DNA of 64,000 nucleotides from Felis catus (lineage: Eukaryota), in assembly GCF_018350175.1 (NCBI RefSeq), contig NC_058368.1, forward strand, positions 77,874,001 through 77,938,000. The letters run 5' to 3'. Positions within the stretch are counted from its first letter, which is position 1, and each line of letters begins with the position of its first letter. The notes under the pieces were generated by a model. That model was given only the letters and a program-made list of their open reading frames with translations. It searched no databases and was not told where the DNA came from. Of the stretch, positions 12,701-25,579 are shown in pieces. The position numbers were made by a program, and so were the translations under genes.

Positions 12701-15700
12701 ATGCCTTCAATCTTTCTGAATTTGTTGAGATTTGTTTTGTGGCCTAGTATGTGATCTATTCTGAAGAATGTTTAATGTGCACTTGAAAAGAATGTGTATT
12801 CTGCTGTGTTAAGATACAATGTTCTCTATATATCTGTTAGATCCAGCTGGTACAAAGTGTCATTCAAAGACACTGTTTCCTTGTTGATTTTCCGTTCGGA
12901 TGATCTATCCATGGATGTAAGTGGGGTGTTAAATTTCCCTACTATTATTGTCTTACTATCAATTACATTTTTTTGTTTGTTATTAGCTGCTTTATGTATT
13001 TGGGTACTTCCGTGTTGGGTGCATAGTTATTTATAATTATTATACCTTTTGTTGGATTGTTCCCTTTATGATTACATAGTGTCCTTCTTTGTCTCTTGTT
13101 ACACTCTTTGTTTTAATCTGTATTTTGCCCAATAGAAGTATTGCTACCCCAGCTTTCTTTTCACTTCCATCTGCATGATAAATGCTTATCCATTCCTTCA
13201 CTTTCAAACTCCAGGTGTCTTTAAGTCTGAAATGAGTGTCGGGTAGGCAGCATATACATGGGTCTTGCATTTTTATTTACTCTGTCACCCTCTGTGTTTT
13301 GATTGGAGCATTCAGTCCATTTATATTTGAAGTAATTATTGACAGACATGTATTTACAGACAGATTTGTTGACAGACTTGTGGTTGTTTTTGTAGTTCTT
13401 CTCTATTCCTTTCTTCTCTTGTTCTCTTCTTTCATGGTTTGGTGGCCTTCTTTAGTAATATACCTGGATTCCTTTGTCTTTATTTTTTGCATATCTATTA
13501 CTGGGTTTTGATTTATGGTTACCATTAGGTTTGTATATGACATCTTCAGCATATAGCAGTCTATATTAAGTTAATTGTTTCTTAAGTTTGAACTCATTCT
13601 TTACTCTTCTCCCTCTACTCCACATTTTTGGTATATGGAGTCACAGCTTACATTTTTTTATTTTGTCTATCCCTTGACTGATTTTTATAGAGATAGTTAA
13701 TTTTACTGCTTTTGTGTTTCCTAATTTTCTGACTCCTAATTATGGTCTTTCCTTTCAACTCAAAGAGTCCCCTTTAACATTTATGGTAGAGCTGGTATCA
13801 TGGTCATGAATTTCTTAACTTTGGTTCATCTGGGAAACCCTTTAGCTCTCCTTCTTATTCTGAATGATAGCCTTGCTGGATAGAGTTTTTTGGCTTCAAG
13901 TTTTTGGGTTTTTTTTTTTTCTTTCAGCACTTTGAATATATTATGCCACTCTCTTCTGGCCTGCAAAGTTTCTACTAAAAAATTATCTGATGACTTTATG
14001 GGGTTTCCATTGTATGTAACTGTTTTCTTTTCTCTTGTTTCTTGTAAAATTCTCTCTTTATAACCACTCTTTGCCATTTTAATCATTATTTGTCTTGTAG
14101 GATTTCTTGGGTTGACTTTGTTGGGGGCTCTCTGTGCTTCATGGATCTGGATTTCTGTTTCCTTCCCCAGATTTGGGAAGTTTTCAGCTCCTATTTCTTC
14201 AAATAAACTTTCTTCCCCCTTTTCTCTTTCTTATCCTTCTGGAATCCATAAAATGCAAATGTTAATATGCTTGAGGCTGTCACTGAGCTCCCTAAATCTA
14301 TTTTAATTCTAATTTATTTTTCTCTCTCTTGTTCAGCCTGATTGCTTCACATTACTCTGTCCTCCAGGGCACTGATTTGTTCTGCTTCCTAGTTTACTAT
14401 TTATTCCATCTATTGTATTTTTAATTTCATTTATTGAGCCCTTCATCTCTGATGAGTTCTTTTTTATATTTTCGATCTCTTTGTGAGGGGATCTTACTGA
14501 GGTCCTCCACTCTTCTCTCAAGTCCAGTGAGTATCTTTATGACTACTACTTAAAATTCTCTATCAGGTGTATTACTTATCTCTGTTTCATTTAGGTCTCT
14601 TTCTGTAACTTTGCCCCGTTCTTTCATTTGGGACATATTCCTCTGTCTCCTCATTTCATCTAACTCATTGTGTCTGTTTCTATGTGTTAGGAAAGTCAGC
14701 TACTTCTGCTCTTGAAACAGTGGCCTTATGAAGATGAGGTCCTGTGGTGCCCTGTAGTGCAATGTCCCCTGTTCACCAGAACCTGGCACTTCAGGCATGT
14801 CTCGTATGTGTGTTGTGTGTGCCCCATTCTTGTGGCTGAACCACTTTTGCCTTCAGTCCAGTTGTCTGCAATGGCTCTCTTTGCCTGTTGTGGGCATTGT
14901 TTGGTCCCTGTGTTGTTAATGGGCTGGTATAGGGATGCCTTGGGTTAACCTGAGTCAGCCCAGGCATTTTCCAGAGATATAGTAGCACTGAACTGCAGGA
15001 AAATGTGGGGGTGGGGCACAGGGTGCCAGCAAAGGTCTGCACTGGTGTGCGGGGACCTGCAGCTGCCAGATCAAGGCAGGCCAGGCTAGAAAGGTGGATT
15101 TATAGAAGCAATATGGAGGTGGGACACAGGTATTAACAAGATTTGCCCATGTCTGCTCTGGGAGGGAACCTGGATGAAGGCCTGGCTGAAGGGAGTGTTT
15201 CCTCAGGAGAACACTTGGGCAGGGTGGGCTGTTAGCAACCTAAGTAGCAAGTGTTGGCACAGTGCTGCTTCCTGCAGGTGTCCCTGTGTTTGTGCTGGGA
15301 GGTATGAGAAGGAAATGGTGCCCAGCAGCTCCTTTGTTCCTGGAGAAGTCTCCCAAGGATCTCTGCCCCTCCAGCACATGCCCTTGGATTAGTAAGCAAA
15401 TCTGCCTCCTGTATATCCCAGGCATTCTTCAAACTGCTGCTTCTGTGCTCTATCTCCCCGGAGCTATTTGTCATGCTATCTTTTTAGCAGGGACTCAGTT
15501 TTCTCTCACCCTCCTGACTCTCCCAGGAGCCTGCTGATCTTTAAAGTTCTAGGTTTGAAACCCCACTGGTTCTAAGAACTTGTGAAATTTGCCCCTTCTG
15601 TTTTGCAAAGCCAAATGTTATGGGGATTCATCTTTTCTGTTTGGGCTCCCTGGTGTGAGAGTCTGTTTCTCTCTTAGCTCTGCCACAACATCCCTCCCTC

Positions 15701-15895
15701 CCGCTGAGGGTTCTGCAGTCCCTAGAGCTCCTGACTGCATCACCTCCCTTCCCCCCCTCCTCAATGTGGCCTCTTTACATTTAGCCGTGGAGAGTCCTCA
15801 GGTCATTTTCTGGGTTATTCGCACTGATGTGGCTGCTATCTAACTGTATCCGTGGGACAAGATGAGCTTAGGGTCTTCCTAATCTTACCAGAAGT
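9240..15895 (-). mobile_element. Near-full-length decayed carnivore LINE-1 (L1_Carn-like)
   Basis: On the minus strand: 5'UTR-like start near 15895, ORF1 remnants (13826-14521), endonuclease N-terminus (SIITSNINGLNAPIK; ORF 13040-13270), RT and C-terminal fragments (9558-12588), then 3'UTR ending near 9240. Many stops and frameshifts. Confidence 0.9.
9647..9727. repeat. Compound (TA)n/(TG)n microsatellite inside L1
   Basis: Read directly from the sequence. Confidence 0.95.
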
Positions 15896-17527
15896 CTCTT
15901 TCTCCTCTCCTCCTCCTCTTTTTTTTTTTATTACAAATTGAAGTGTAGAAATGCTGGAATCTGTCAACTAAGTCATTAGCTCCATTTTTACTTTCAGTGC
16001 ATCTTGAGCTTTTTGTATAGATAGGTTACCCTTAAGTAGAGTATGTTCCTTCTACTCCAACCCTCAAGGCAAAAAAAAAAAAAAACAAACAAACAAAAAC
16101 AAAAACAGGAATCTGAAGGATGACCTCCACAGCCAAGGTTTCCAGAAGACACCACAACTGCTCCACTGGAAGCAAATATCCTGGGGATATTTTCAAGGTC
16201 AAGCTTACTTGCCTTCGACTACTTACTCCTGACACATAGGCACACATGTGCACACACATACATACACAAAAGATTTTAAATACAAAATTAAAAATTAAGG
16301 AAGTGAAAATATGCCCATTTTAAACACGGCGAGCCCACTTCCTCCCTGCTGTTGCATCTGAAAGTGAGAAGGACCTGAAAGTGAGAGCATCTTTCCCCCT
16401 CAGGGGACGGGGTGCTGTGAATGGCTGCCTAGTTAGTCACCTGTATGTGGCGGGCAGGAAGGGCAGTCTCAGAGCAGGAAGCAGGGAAAATAGGGTAATT
16501 CCAGCTACCAGGGGTTCCACAGGGAGCACTTACGGGCATCATGTGCCTTGATTCAGCCCCTGTGCATACTGGATTTCAAAGCGTGCAAAGGGAATGCAAA
16601 TCATGAGCTGACAGCTATCAGGTTCTGTGCAGTGAGCAGTTGGCAGGTTCTTCAGACGAGGAGGATGTACTTTGGGATCTCAAATGAAGAAGACAAGTTT
16701 CTATGTAACAAAGGTGAGAAAAGAAGAATACATGAACAAGGTCCTCAAAAATCTCTTCCTTTACTTGCAACTCAGAAAACAGCATCCTTATTCCTCTGGA
16801 GTTCAAAGTAAAAAATAAAACTAAACGTAAAACATGAGTCTGAAGAGCAACCCCTCTTCTCTCTCTCTCTAGATGTTTTGTAGAACTTGCACAGAATAGC
16901 ATGGCCCTGGAAGGTGATAGAGCACATTTCTTAGAACAGTCTCAAACTCCAGGCACAGGGATCATTCATTCCTGTGTTTGACAAACCCCTATGAGCTGCA
17001 AGATGTTATCCTGTCGAGTGATATTAAATGGCTGTGTCTACATACTACTTATATACACAAGTAAAAAGTTGAATAGCCTCTCAGATTTTGAGAGAATAAC
17101 ACTAACATTCTGATTTAGTGGAATATTTTTGTGTTCTACATATTATAAACACAATGAATATCAACAGATTTGTCAAATCCTTTCATGAAATTTCTATAGC
17201 CAAAGCTTTCTCTTCCCCCAAACAGTAACTCTTCAGGTGGTTCTTTTTGTTGATAGTTCATGTTGTGCATTATGTTGACAAAGTAGAGAGCAAACAGACC
17301 ATTTCACTCATCTGTTAGAATATATTTTTCCCACCAAATTCCCCAATTTACAGAAATGGCATGGTTTATTTATAAAAGCAGTGTAACTGAACACAATAAT
17401 TTTTTTTTCCTATTTATGTTAGCTCTTCAAAAGAAGCATCGCTTGCTCAGCACTCTGTCCATCACAGCCTTCGGTACTGTGCCTGGCACATGACCATAAT
17501 CACATGACTTAGCTATTAAAATACAGT

Positions 17528-18145
17528 CCTACTAGGAGAAATAGACTTGGAAAAGGAGAGAGACACACAGCTCCAGCAAGTGTCTATTGAAGAAATCCTA
17601 GAAGAACAAAGGGCAGAACAGGAGACAAAACTGGAAGCTGAGAAGCTGAGAGTTCAAGCTCTTAAGGATCGGGGTCTCTCCATTCCTCGAGCGGATACTC
17701 TTGATGAGTATTAAGTCATTTGCTCCGAGGCCATTGCTCTTGGGGAGCAGGGGCTCTCACTGAATGAAAGTGACATTGTGGTCACCTCACACATTTGACT
17801 AGAGACTGTAGAGTTTCGAAAGTCATTTTTATTTTGAATTCTTTCGCATGTGCAACATGAAGAAATCATGTGGCTTTGTTGTTGGTTTTTTTTTTCCTTT
17901 TTAATGACAAAATCATTGTTTAAAAAAAAAAAAACAAAACATGGGGCAACGACTCCTTTCACACATCACTGTGGAGCCAGCAACTACCTCTTTATGTTGT
18001 TCTTCTTGTCCCAAGGTAGCATTCACAGAAGACATTCTTCATCTACTTGTAAATAAAATACGAATCTCAAAACTCAAAAAAAATAAATAAATAAAAATAA
18101 AAAATAAAATAAAATAAAATAAAATAAAATAAAATAAAATAAAAT
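17528..18145 (+). pseudogene. LSM1: 5'-truncated processed pseudogene (retrocopy) of LSM1
   Basis: 17526-17714 translates VLLGEIDLEKERDTQLQQVSIEEILEEQRAEQETKLEAEKLRVQALKDRGLSIPRADTLDEY*, which I recognise as the LSM1 C-terminus (about residues 72-133). There is no start codon or N-terminal half. A 3'UTR follows, with AATAAA at 18052-18057 and an A/(AAAAT)n tail at about 18076-18145. TSD AAAATACAGT at 17518-17527 and 18146-18155, at a TT|AAAA L1-endonuclease site. Confidence 0.95.
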
Positions 18146-18904
18146 AAAATACAGTTTGTAAATTAGAGGTGGGAAACTTCACTTTGGAAAGGGGCACAAA
18201 TGAAATTTCACACATTGAGGGAGCAAAATAATTATTAACGCATAGAAGATAACTGAAAATTAACTCCCATTTTGCTTTGAATTCTATGCTATATTTCCAG
18301 ACTAAAGAGAGGAAGAAAAGAAAAATAAGGAAGAAGAGCTGAACTCAATTATCACCAACACTTTGTGCCTTTGTAAATGTCAAAACACATGATTATTTTT
18401 ATCTTTAAATTTCAACCTATCCTTTTGTTGGTTACTATTGCAAGTGACCTTAGAAAATACCAAATAGTTGTCATTAAACTCAGTCCATTACTTTCTCTCA
18501 AAAAAATAAATAAATAAATAAATAAATAAATGTAGTGTTGATTATTAGCTCGTTAATTATATATGTGAATCTGTTGATGCACCATATTAATTTTTCTTGT
18601 ATTTCTGTTATAAATTAAGAATGTCTTCATAAATTTACATCTTCAGTTTCAAACGTTACCCTAAGCTCCAGACAAATGTGTCCAATTCTTTTATATGAAT
18701 AAACATTGTAAAATTCTACAAGTACTACAAATATTACCACCCTCCCCCCCCCAAAAAAAAAAACAACTCCTTCCTCTCTCTGATATAACCATCACCACCA
18801 TATACATCAGCTTTTAAGAAGCTACTTGGGTTGACTTTTTGGGGGGCTGGTATTTTGTGTAAGTGTATGAGTTCCATGGATCTGTCTTGTGTGTGCATGC
18901 ATAT

Positions 18905-18907
<3 letters not shown>

Positions 18908-18952
<45 letters not shown>
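18908..18952. repeat. (TG)n microsatellite
   Basis: Read directly from the sequence. Confidence 0.95.
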
Positions 18953-18955
<3 letters not shown>

Positions 18956-21900
18956 GGAGGCAAAGGGACTGATCAATGACCTCAGTGCGAAGAGAAAGTT
19001 TGCCGAAGGAGTTGTGGAGAGAAGGTCCCATTTTATGGGCTGTGATTTTAATGCTGTAGGGACATGTTCCTTTCGAAGTTTCGCTGTATTTCCCCTTCAT
19101 TGCTGTCCTGGGACTACAACTGTATACTCTGAGGTGTCTGCTTTTAAACAAGAACCTATACCTGACTGTCACGCCATCTAAGGATGGCTCTCCGTTTTGT
19201 CTTTCTAATGTATGTGCTTCAACCTCATCCTATGCCAATACCTGAAATATCAACACCACACATACCTTTGTGTAGACTCCCCACCTACTGATCAATTTCC
19301 CGGCCCACAATGTCATCTGGCACTTCAGAGCTGCAGGAAATGTCGTGGTCTGGAATTCTGTTCCTCTAGTAAGGGCTGTGGTGGCAAACACTGTTTGTTT
19401 GCTTTTCCTTTTAGACTAAAAAATATCTTTATTGTGCCCTCCCTCTTGAAACAGAATTTGAGTCGGTATAGACTTTTAAGATGTCAGTGATTTTTCCTGA
19501 GCACTTTTGTCTCCTGGTTTCCATGGGTGCTTTAAGATGCAAATTGTTCATCTGACAGTGGTCCCCTACAGGTTACTCTTACCACCCTTCTCTTTGTTTT
19601 GCAGTTTTGTTATATTGTCACCAGGTGTAAATCTTTTTATTTATTTTTGTTAAAATTTGGTGAGCCTCCTGAATGTGGGGATGGGTGAGTTTTTCTGATT
19701 CTGCCAAAGGCTCATCTATCTTTGAACTTTGCCTCCTGCCAGTTCTTTCTTCTATCTCTAACAACTTTCGTTAGCTTAGGCAAGGGCGCTGTCTGTCCAC
19801 CATCCAAGCTTCTTGGTCTCTTTTCCTACTCTTGACTTCTTTGCCTGCTTTGTAATCTGTATGGCTCTCTATCACCTCCTTACTAGTGTCTACAACTTGC
19901 AGGACGTTTCATCTCATGTATCAAAGCTTTGCTCCTTAGACTATACTTTATGTTGAATATTGAATTTATATCTTATGCACTGATCCCCTTATTTCAATCA
20001 ATATGACTTCTGGAAAACATTGCATCATTTTAAAACCCCATTTCCTGTCATTTCTATTGTTCTATTTCTGAAATTGTTCTATTTCTGAAAAATCAAACTC
20101 CGAATTCTTACTCTGCCCACAGCCTTATAATTGTTCTAAACTCAGATACTTTACTCCGACTGTACTAGTCCTTCAGCCTCATGGCTGCCCTTGTCTACAT
20201 TTATTATTTTTTACCAGTATAATGAAAACAACCCCCCTGCTGTGATTTACTCCTCAATTCTGATCCTTCTCCCTTACTCTCAGTAGAATACTTCTATAAC
20301 AAAAATGTGATTATTATCCCCTCCTCAATTTGTCTATTTAACAGATCCCCATTACTTCTTCACGAAATGCAAGGAGCTCACAACAATCTAAAACTGGACT
20401 ATATCTCCAGCTAATCTCACCCATGCACTCTACAATGCTCCAAGTCTATACAAACTGAACGATTTTAGTTACCCATATGACCAGTACTTATTCCATTTTG
20501 TTGTGTCCTTTCATGTCAAATATTCTATTGAAATACCCTCCTCAACTAGCCACAGTTCACCCTACACATGCGTGCACACGTACACACATGGTTTCCCTCC
20601 TAATTAATTCCTAGTTATCGTTTTAGTAATCCACTGAAGTGTCTCTTCCCACTGGGAACCAACCCGTGTCCCACAGTGAATCGAGTCGTTTCTTTGTGCT
20701 ACATACCATCCCGTTTATACTCCTAGTCTATAATTAGCACATAATCCACTGTATTCATCTTCCCCCCCTCCATTATATTACTGGTGCCTTATCAGTACAG
20801 AGCGTCTCTTATCTTTGTATCTCTGGTAGCCACTGGAGTATCTTCCATGTTGTTGGCAATAAGGGAAGAAAGTCAAATGGATGAATATCTAAAAAGGCTG
20901 TCCTTCTTACCCCTCAAACTGCCAATGCTGCACTTACTCCCTAGACCCTCTTCTCTCCCTCCTCACCTCTATAGCATGTGGTTGGCATCTTTACGAAGAC
21001 TTACAGAACTAACTCTATTTTGTCAGAAGGAAAAATGGAGCAAGTATCTCAAACAAAACTTATTCGGTACTCTGAGCTTCTTGGGTCTAGGAACTTTACC
21101 AAAAAAAATGTGCATTCATCATCAGAAGATAGTCACTGAGCAGTTCTGTATAAATTTGATTCCAGGATTCCTTCCACTTCCAGTCCCGCCCACACTCACC
21201 CCACCCCCACACATTTTATCAGCAGGTAGCAGAGTCCTTTCCATTATCAGCAGTGGGTGCTAGCAAGGATGTTCAATCAAGCTCCATCAGATACTTTTAA
21301 TTTAATCTGCAAAGTATATGCATTTCTTTGGGTTAGAAAAGCAGTCTGATTAGCTTGCTTTTACTTTTGCATCTGCTGTTCACGACACATTCTAGGAAAT
21401 AAAGAATACTGACCCACTGATGCCCAACAACCAAACTGTAGCCATGCCTTTTGCAAGTGGCCATTTGAACCAGGACTATGGATAGCCAAATGTGAAATGC
21501 AAGAAGGAAAAGCTTCCTAACAAATAGAAGCATTAGGCATATAATACCTTAAACAAGAAATGCCACACAGCCCAAGGATTAATTCAATTAGCATTACATA
21601 AATGTTCTGTGAAAACTGAATTACCTCCCATCTCACAGTTTGAGATAACATCCTGTCATCCATCATTGCTGGGAAAATCATGGGTTCCCCAGCCCAATTC
21701 ACATTGAGATAATTATGCCAGCTAATAAGAAATGTCAAGGAGTAAATATATTCCACAACACTAATTTTATACATATTTTAAGCCTGATACTTAAACCTGT
21801 TACAGCCTTATCCAGAAGGAAAGAAGAAAAGACGATGAAGAAAAGACAAGCAAGAAATCTATGTAGATTCTTTTCAATTTTCTCAATTCTTCAACCCAAT

Positions 21901-23260
21901 CTATAATTTTATGATTCTGTGGATTCTTCCTATGGCTACAGTCTTTGGAAAAATTACAGGAAGGAACTATTAACATTCACTTCTTCTCTAGGAAGGATTA
22001 AATTCAAGAATCCTCATTAGGTATAAAAGGGATGGTGATGGAGTCCTAAAAGCATCTCTCATTCCATTAAAATTAAATTCCTTCTTCTGATATTTTAGGC
22101 ATGGAAGTCTTCTGACTTATGTTTCTCTCCCCTCCCATAGTGGTTACCTTTCTTCTCATTCGCTCTATGTCCCATAGCCTGGTCATCACAGCCTGGCCAC
22201 AAAGAGCATGTTAGAGGTACCCATAGGTATTACCAGAAAACATCCAAATGGCATCCTGGATACTAGACTCAACCAGTTACCAATGAACCTTATTATTTCC
22301 AGGATATGTCTCTATGATAGGACAGAATAGCAAATAATGTGTATTATCTACTAACCCTCTACATTTTATTTAGAAGACTTTAAAAATTATCAAGAGCATT
22401 AATAGTATTTCCTTAGGGAAAACTAACTTTGATGGCAATCATGAAAAAAAATACTCATGGAAAAATCAGGAATAATCTTTCTTTTAATTTGGATTTTAAT
22501 TTTATCCATCATAATATCATTTTGTACAAGTGTGTTTCATGCAGTTCTCAAGCACCGTGTCCATTAAAAATAATTTGAAAACAGAATTAATGTCACATAA
22601 TTCACCTTTTCATAATGTTCTATAATTACAGATTCTAAAAACTGAAATTAGCAAATTAACAAGAAATTTTCATGTAAGATGTTATTATGTAAGTTTTTAT
22701 TTTTAAGAAATGAAAGAGAAGAGAATCTGCATCCATGAACATATTCTAATTAAATGATAATGACTACTATTATTAGTTGCAAAAATATACTCTCAGTTTT
22801 CAGGGGCTCAATGAACAGGTATAAAACTGAAATCAGATTTGGCCTAACTAAGACTATGCTTTTCCAGGATAAATATCTTTTAAAGATTTGGGAAATTAAA
22901 ATGAACTTGAATTTGTTATTCTAAATTGATTTAAATTCTAATTTAATTTTTCAAGTGTTTGATATTTGTACATTATTCACTTTGATAAGTCTACTATGCA
23001 AGTTTAACTAAATTTATCTAAATTAACAAGCTATATATTCTCCTGCCACTTACTATGACACTAAATACTCAGCTTGAATGATTCTGTTTAACGGAAGTAC
23101 AGATCATGCTGGTGTCACATAGGCATGTAGAGTTGCGTAGTAAATAAGCCCTTATATTAAAACGTGCTGTGATATTTCATACTCAAAGCAGAATGTTCTA
23201 CTGTGTTTTCAGGTGATAAATTCTAGTGATACTTCTCATAACGTAGTACACAAAATTCAT

Positions 23261-23313
23261 TCACCAGTTCCTTGGGGAACACATTTTCTCCTCGGTGTCC
23301 AAAGGTAATAGCC
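23261..23313 (-). CDS. Candidate exon H, probably the last or second-last coding exon
   Basis: ttaatcggttttctattcag|GGCTATTACC... Phase 1 reads LLPLDTEEKMCSPRNW* with TGA at 23263-23261. A possible donor CTG|gtgaat lies after 23265. A minus-strand AATAAA occurs at about 22696-22701. Confidence 0.5.
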
Positions 23314-23699
23314 CTGAATAGAAAACCGATTAAATGAAATTGTCTTATCTTACAGCCAAAGAAGACCTTCAGAAGGTGTGTAGTGAGTCCTGCCACTGCA
23401 GGAAAGACACACAATTAAACTCTCTTCAGTAATTGGGAACAGAGTTCATTTTTAATGATCTTCAAAGCAGAAAACTGTCAAGATGTTAGTCCTTTTCTAA
23501 ATGTAGAACTTAATACTTCATGCCACGGTTTAACTACAGCCACACAGGTTAAATTCCCAATATAACTAGCTCAGGAAACACAATAAAATGTATTTCAGGC
23601 ATTTAGAAGCCAATACAATATTTTACGATAGAAATTCTAAAAGCTTTTATCATCATCATCATCATCATTTCACCTCACGTGAGACATTCCATCAGCTTT

Positions 23700-23900
23700 T
23701 TGCCCTCATCCTTCTACAAAAACTCCTCTCAACAATGTCACCAACAGCCTCCTTGCCGCCACTGTAACAGCAGGCACTCACCCTCCTGGTGCATTCAGCA
23801 GCATGAACACAGTGGATGCTTCCTTCCTGTAAGCACATAACCAACCTTCCTCACTTGGCCCCCAGACACCACACTGTCCAGTTCTCCTGCTCATTCTCCA
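23700..23900 (+). mobile_element. L2 remnant (5' part)
   Basis: L2-like motifs (gtcaccaacagcctcctt, cagcagcatgaacacag, gacaccacact). Confidence 0.55.
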
Positions 23901-23929
23901 TTTAAGGTTGCTTTTCAACTATTGTTTTT

Positions 23930-25575
23930 CTCATGTTATTACTTCCAGGTATACAACATCATGACTCGATACTTGTATATACTGTGAAATGATCACCACA
24001 AGTCTATCTAATACCCATCACCATACAGTCACAGAATTTTTTCTTAGAAGTAAATCTTCTAAATCTTAGATTTCTCTAACATTTACTCTCTTAACAACTT
24101 TCAATATATAATATGATCTTATTATTAACTATAGTTGTCATGTTGTACATCACATCCCCATGGCTTATTTAGAACTAGAGGTTTGTACCCCTCTCACCCA
24201 TTTTGCACACCTCTTCACCCTGCCTCTGTCAACCATCAATCTGTTCTCTGTATCTTTAAGCTTGTCTTGTATTGTTGTGGTTATTTTTTTAAGATCCACA
24301 TAGAATTGAGATCCTATGGTATTTATCTTTCCCTGTCTGAATTATTTCACTTAGCCTAATGCCCTCAAGATTCATCCATGTCATCACAAATGGCAAGATT
24401 TCACTCTTCTTTATGGCTGAATAACATTCCATTATATGTACACCACATGGTCTTTATGTACTCATCTGTCATCGGACACTTAGGTTGTTTCCAGTCTTGG
24501 CTACTGTGACTAAGGCTACAATGAACAAGAGGGTGCATGTATCTTTTCAACTTAGTGAAAACTTGGATAAATACTCAGGAGCAGAATTGTGAGATCATAC
24601 CAGTAGTTCTACTTTTAATTTTTTAAAGGGTATTTACTTATTTTGAGAAAGAGAGAGACTGCACGTGTGCGTGCGTGCAAGCAGAGGGGAAAAGAGAGAG
24701 GGAGAGAGAATCCCAAGCAGATTCCACACTGAGAGCACAGAGCCTGACATGGGGCTCAATCTCACAAACCATGAGATAATGCCTGAGCCAAAATGAAGAG
24801 TCAGATGCTCAACCGACTGAGCCACCCAGGTGCCCCCTTTTTTCAATTTTTGAGGAACTGCCATACTGTTTTCCATAGTGGCTGCACAAATTTACATGCC
24901 CACCAACAGTGCACAAAAGTTTCTTTTCCTCCACGTCCTAGCCAACACTTGTCTTTTACATAATAGCCATTCTAACAGGTGTGAGGTAACATTTCACTGT
25001 GGTTTCTGATTTGCATTTCCTTGATGATTAATGACGCTGAGCATCTTTTCATGTGCCTGTTGGCCATGTGTATGTATTCTTTGGAAAAATGTCCATTGGA
25101 TCTGTGGCCCAATGTTTTAATTGGGTTGTTTATTTTTTGCTATTGAGTTGTATGAGTTCTTTATAAGTTTTGGATATTAACTTTTTATCAGCTATAAGAT
25201 TTGCAAATATTTCCTCTCATTCAGAGGTTATTTTTTTCATTTTGTTGATGGTTGTCTTTGCTGGGCAGATGTTTTTTTTTTCTGTTGTTGTTGTTGTTGT
25301 TGTTGTTTTCTTTAGTTTGATATAGTCCCAGTTGTTTATTTTTTCTATTGTTGCCTTTATTTTTTTGTGTCAAATCTAAAAAAACCCATTGTCAAGACCA
25401 ATGTCAAGGAACTTACCAACTATGTTTTCTTCCAGGACTTTTATGGTTTCAGGTCCTATGTTCAAGTCTTTAGTTCATTTTGAGTTAATTTTTATGTATG
25501 GTGTAAGAGAGTGGCACACTTTCATTCTTTTGCATGAGGCTTTCCAGTTTTCCCAACACCATTTGCTGAAGAGAT
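23930..25575 (-). mobile_element. Truncated L1 (L1MA9-like) 3' end, interrupted by a SINE and itself inserted in an L2
   Basis: Reverse-strand L1 3'UTR and ORF2 C-terminal sequence. A SINE sits at 24619-24836 and L2-like sequence lies on both sides. Confidence 0.8.
24619..24836 (-). mobile_element. SINEC inserted in L1
   Basis: Ends ...gactgagccacccaggtgcccc on the + strand. Confidence 0.92.
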
Positions 25576-25579
25576 CTCA

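Noticed and set aside
9240..15895. Active full-length L1
   Set aside because: ORF1 and ORF2 are broken by many stops and frameshifts, and no clean TSD was found.
16669..16733. Plus-strand exon-like segment ending AAAG|gtgaga
   Set aside because: Weak acceptor, and no partner exons found on the plus strand.
20784..21263. 159-aa ORF
   Set aside because: Non-ATG start overlapping an L2-like 3' end, no recognisable domain and no supporting splice signals.
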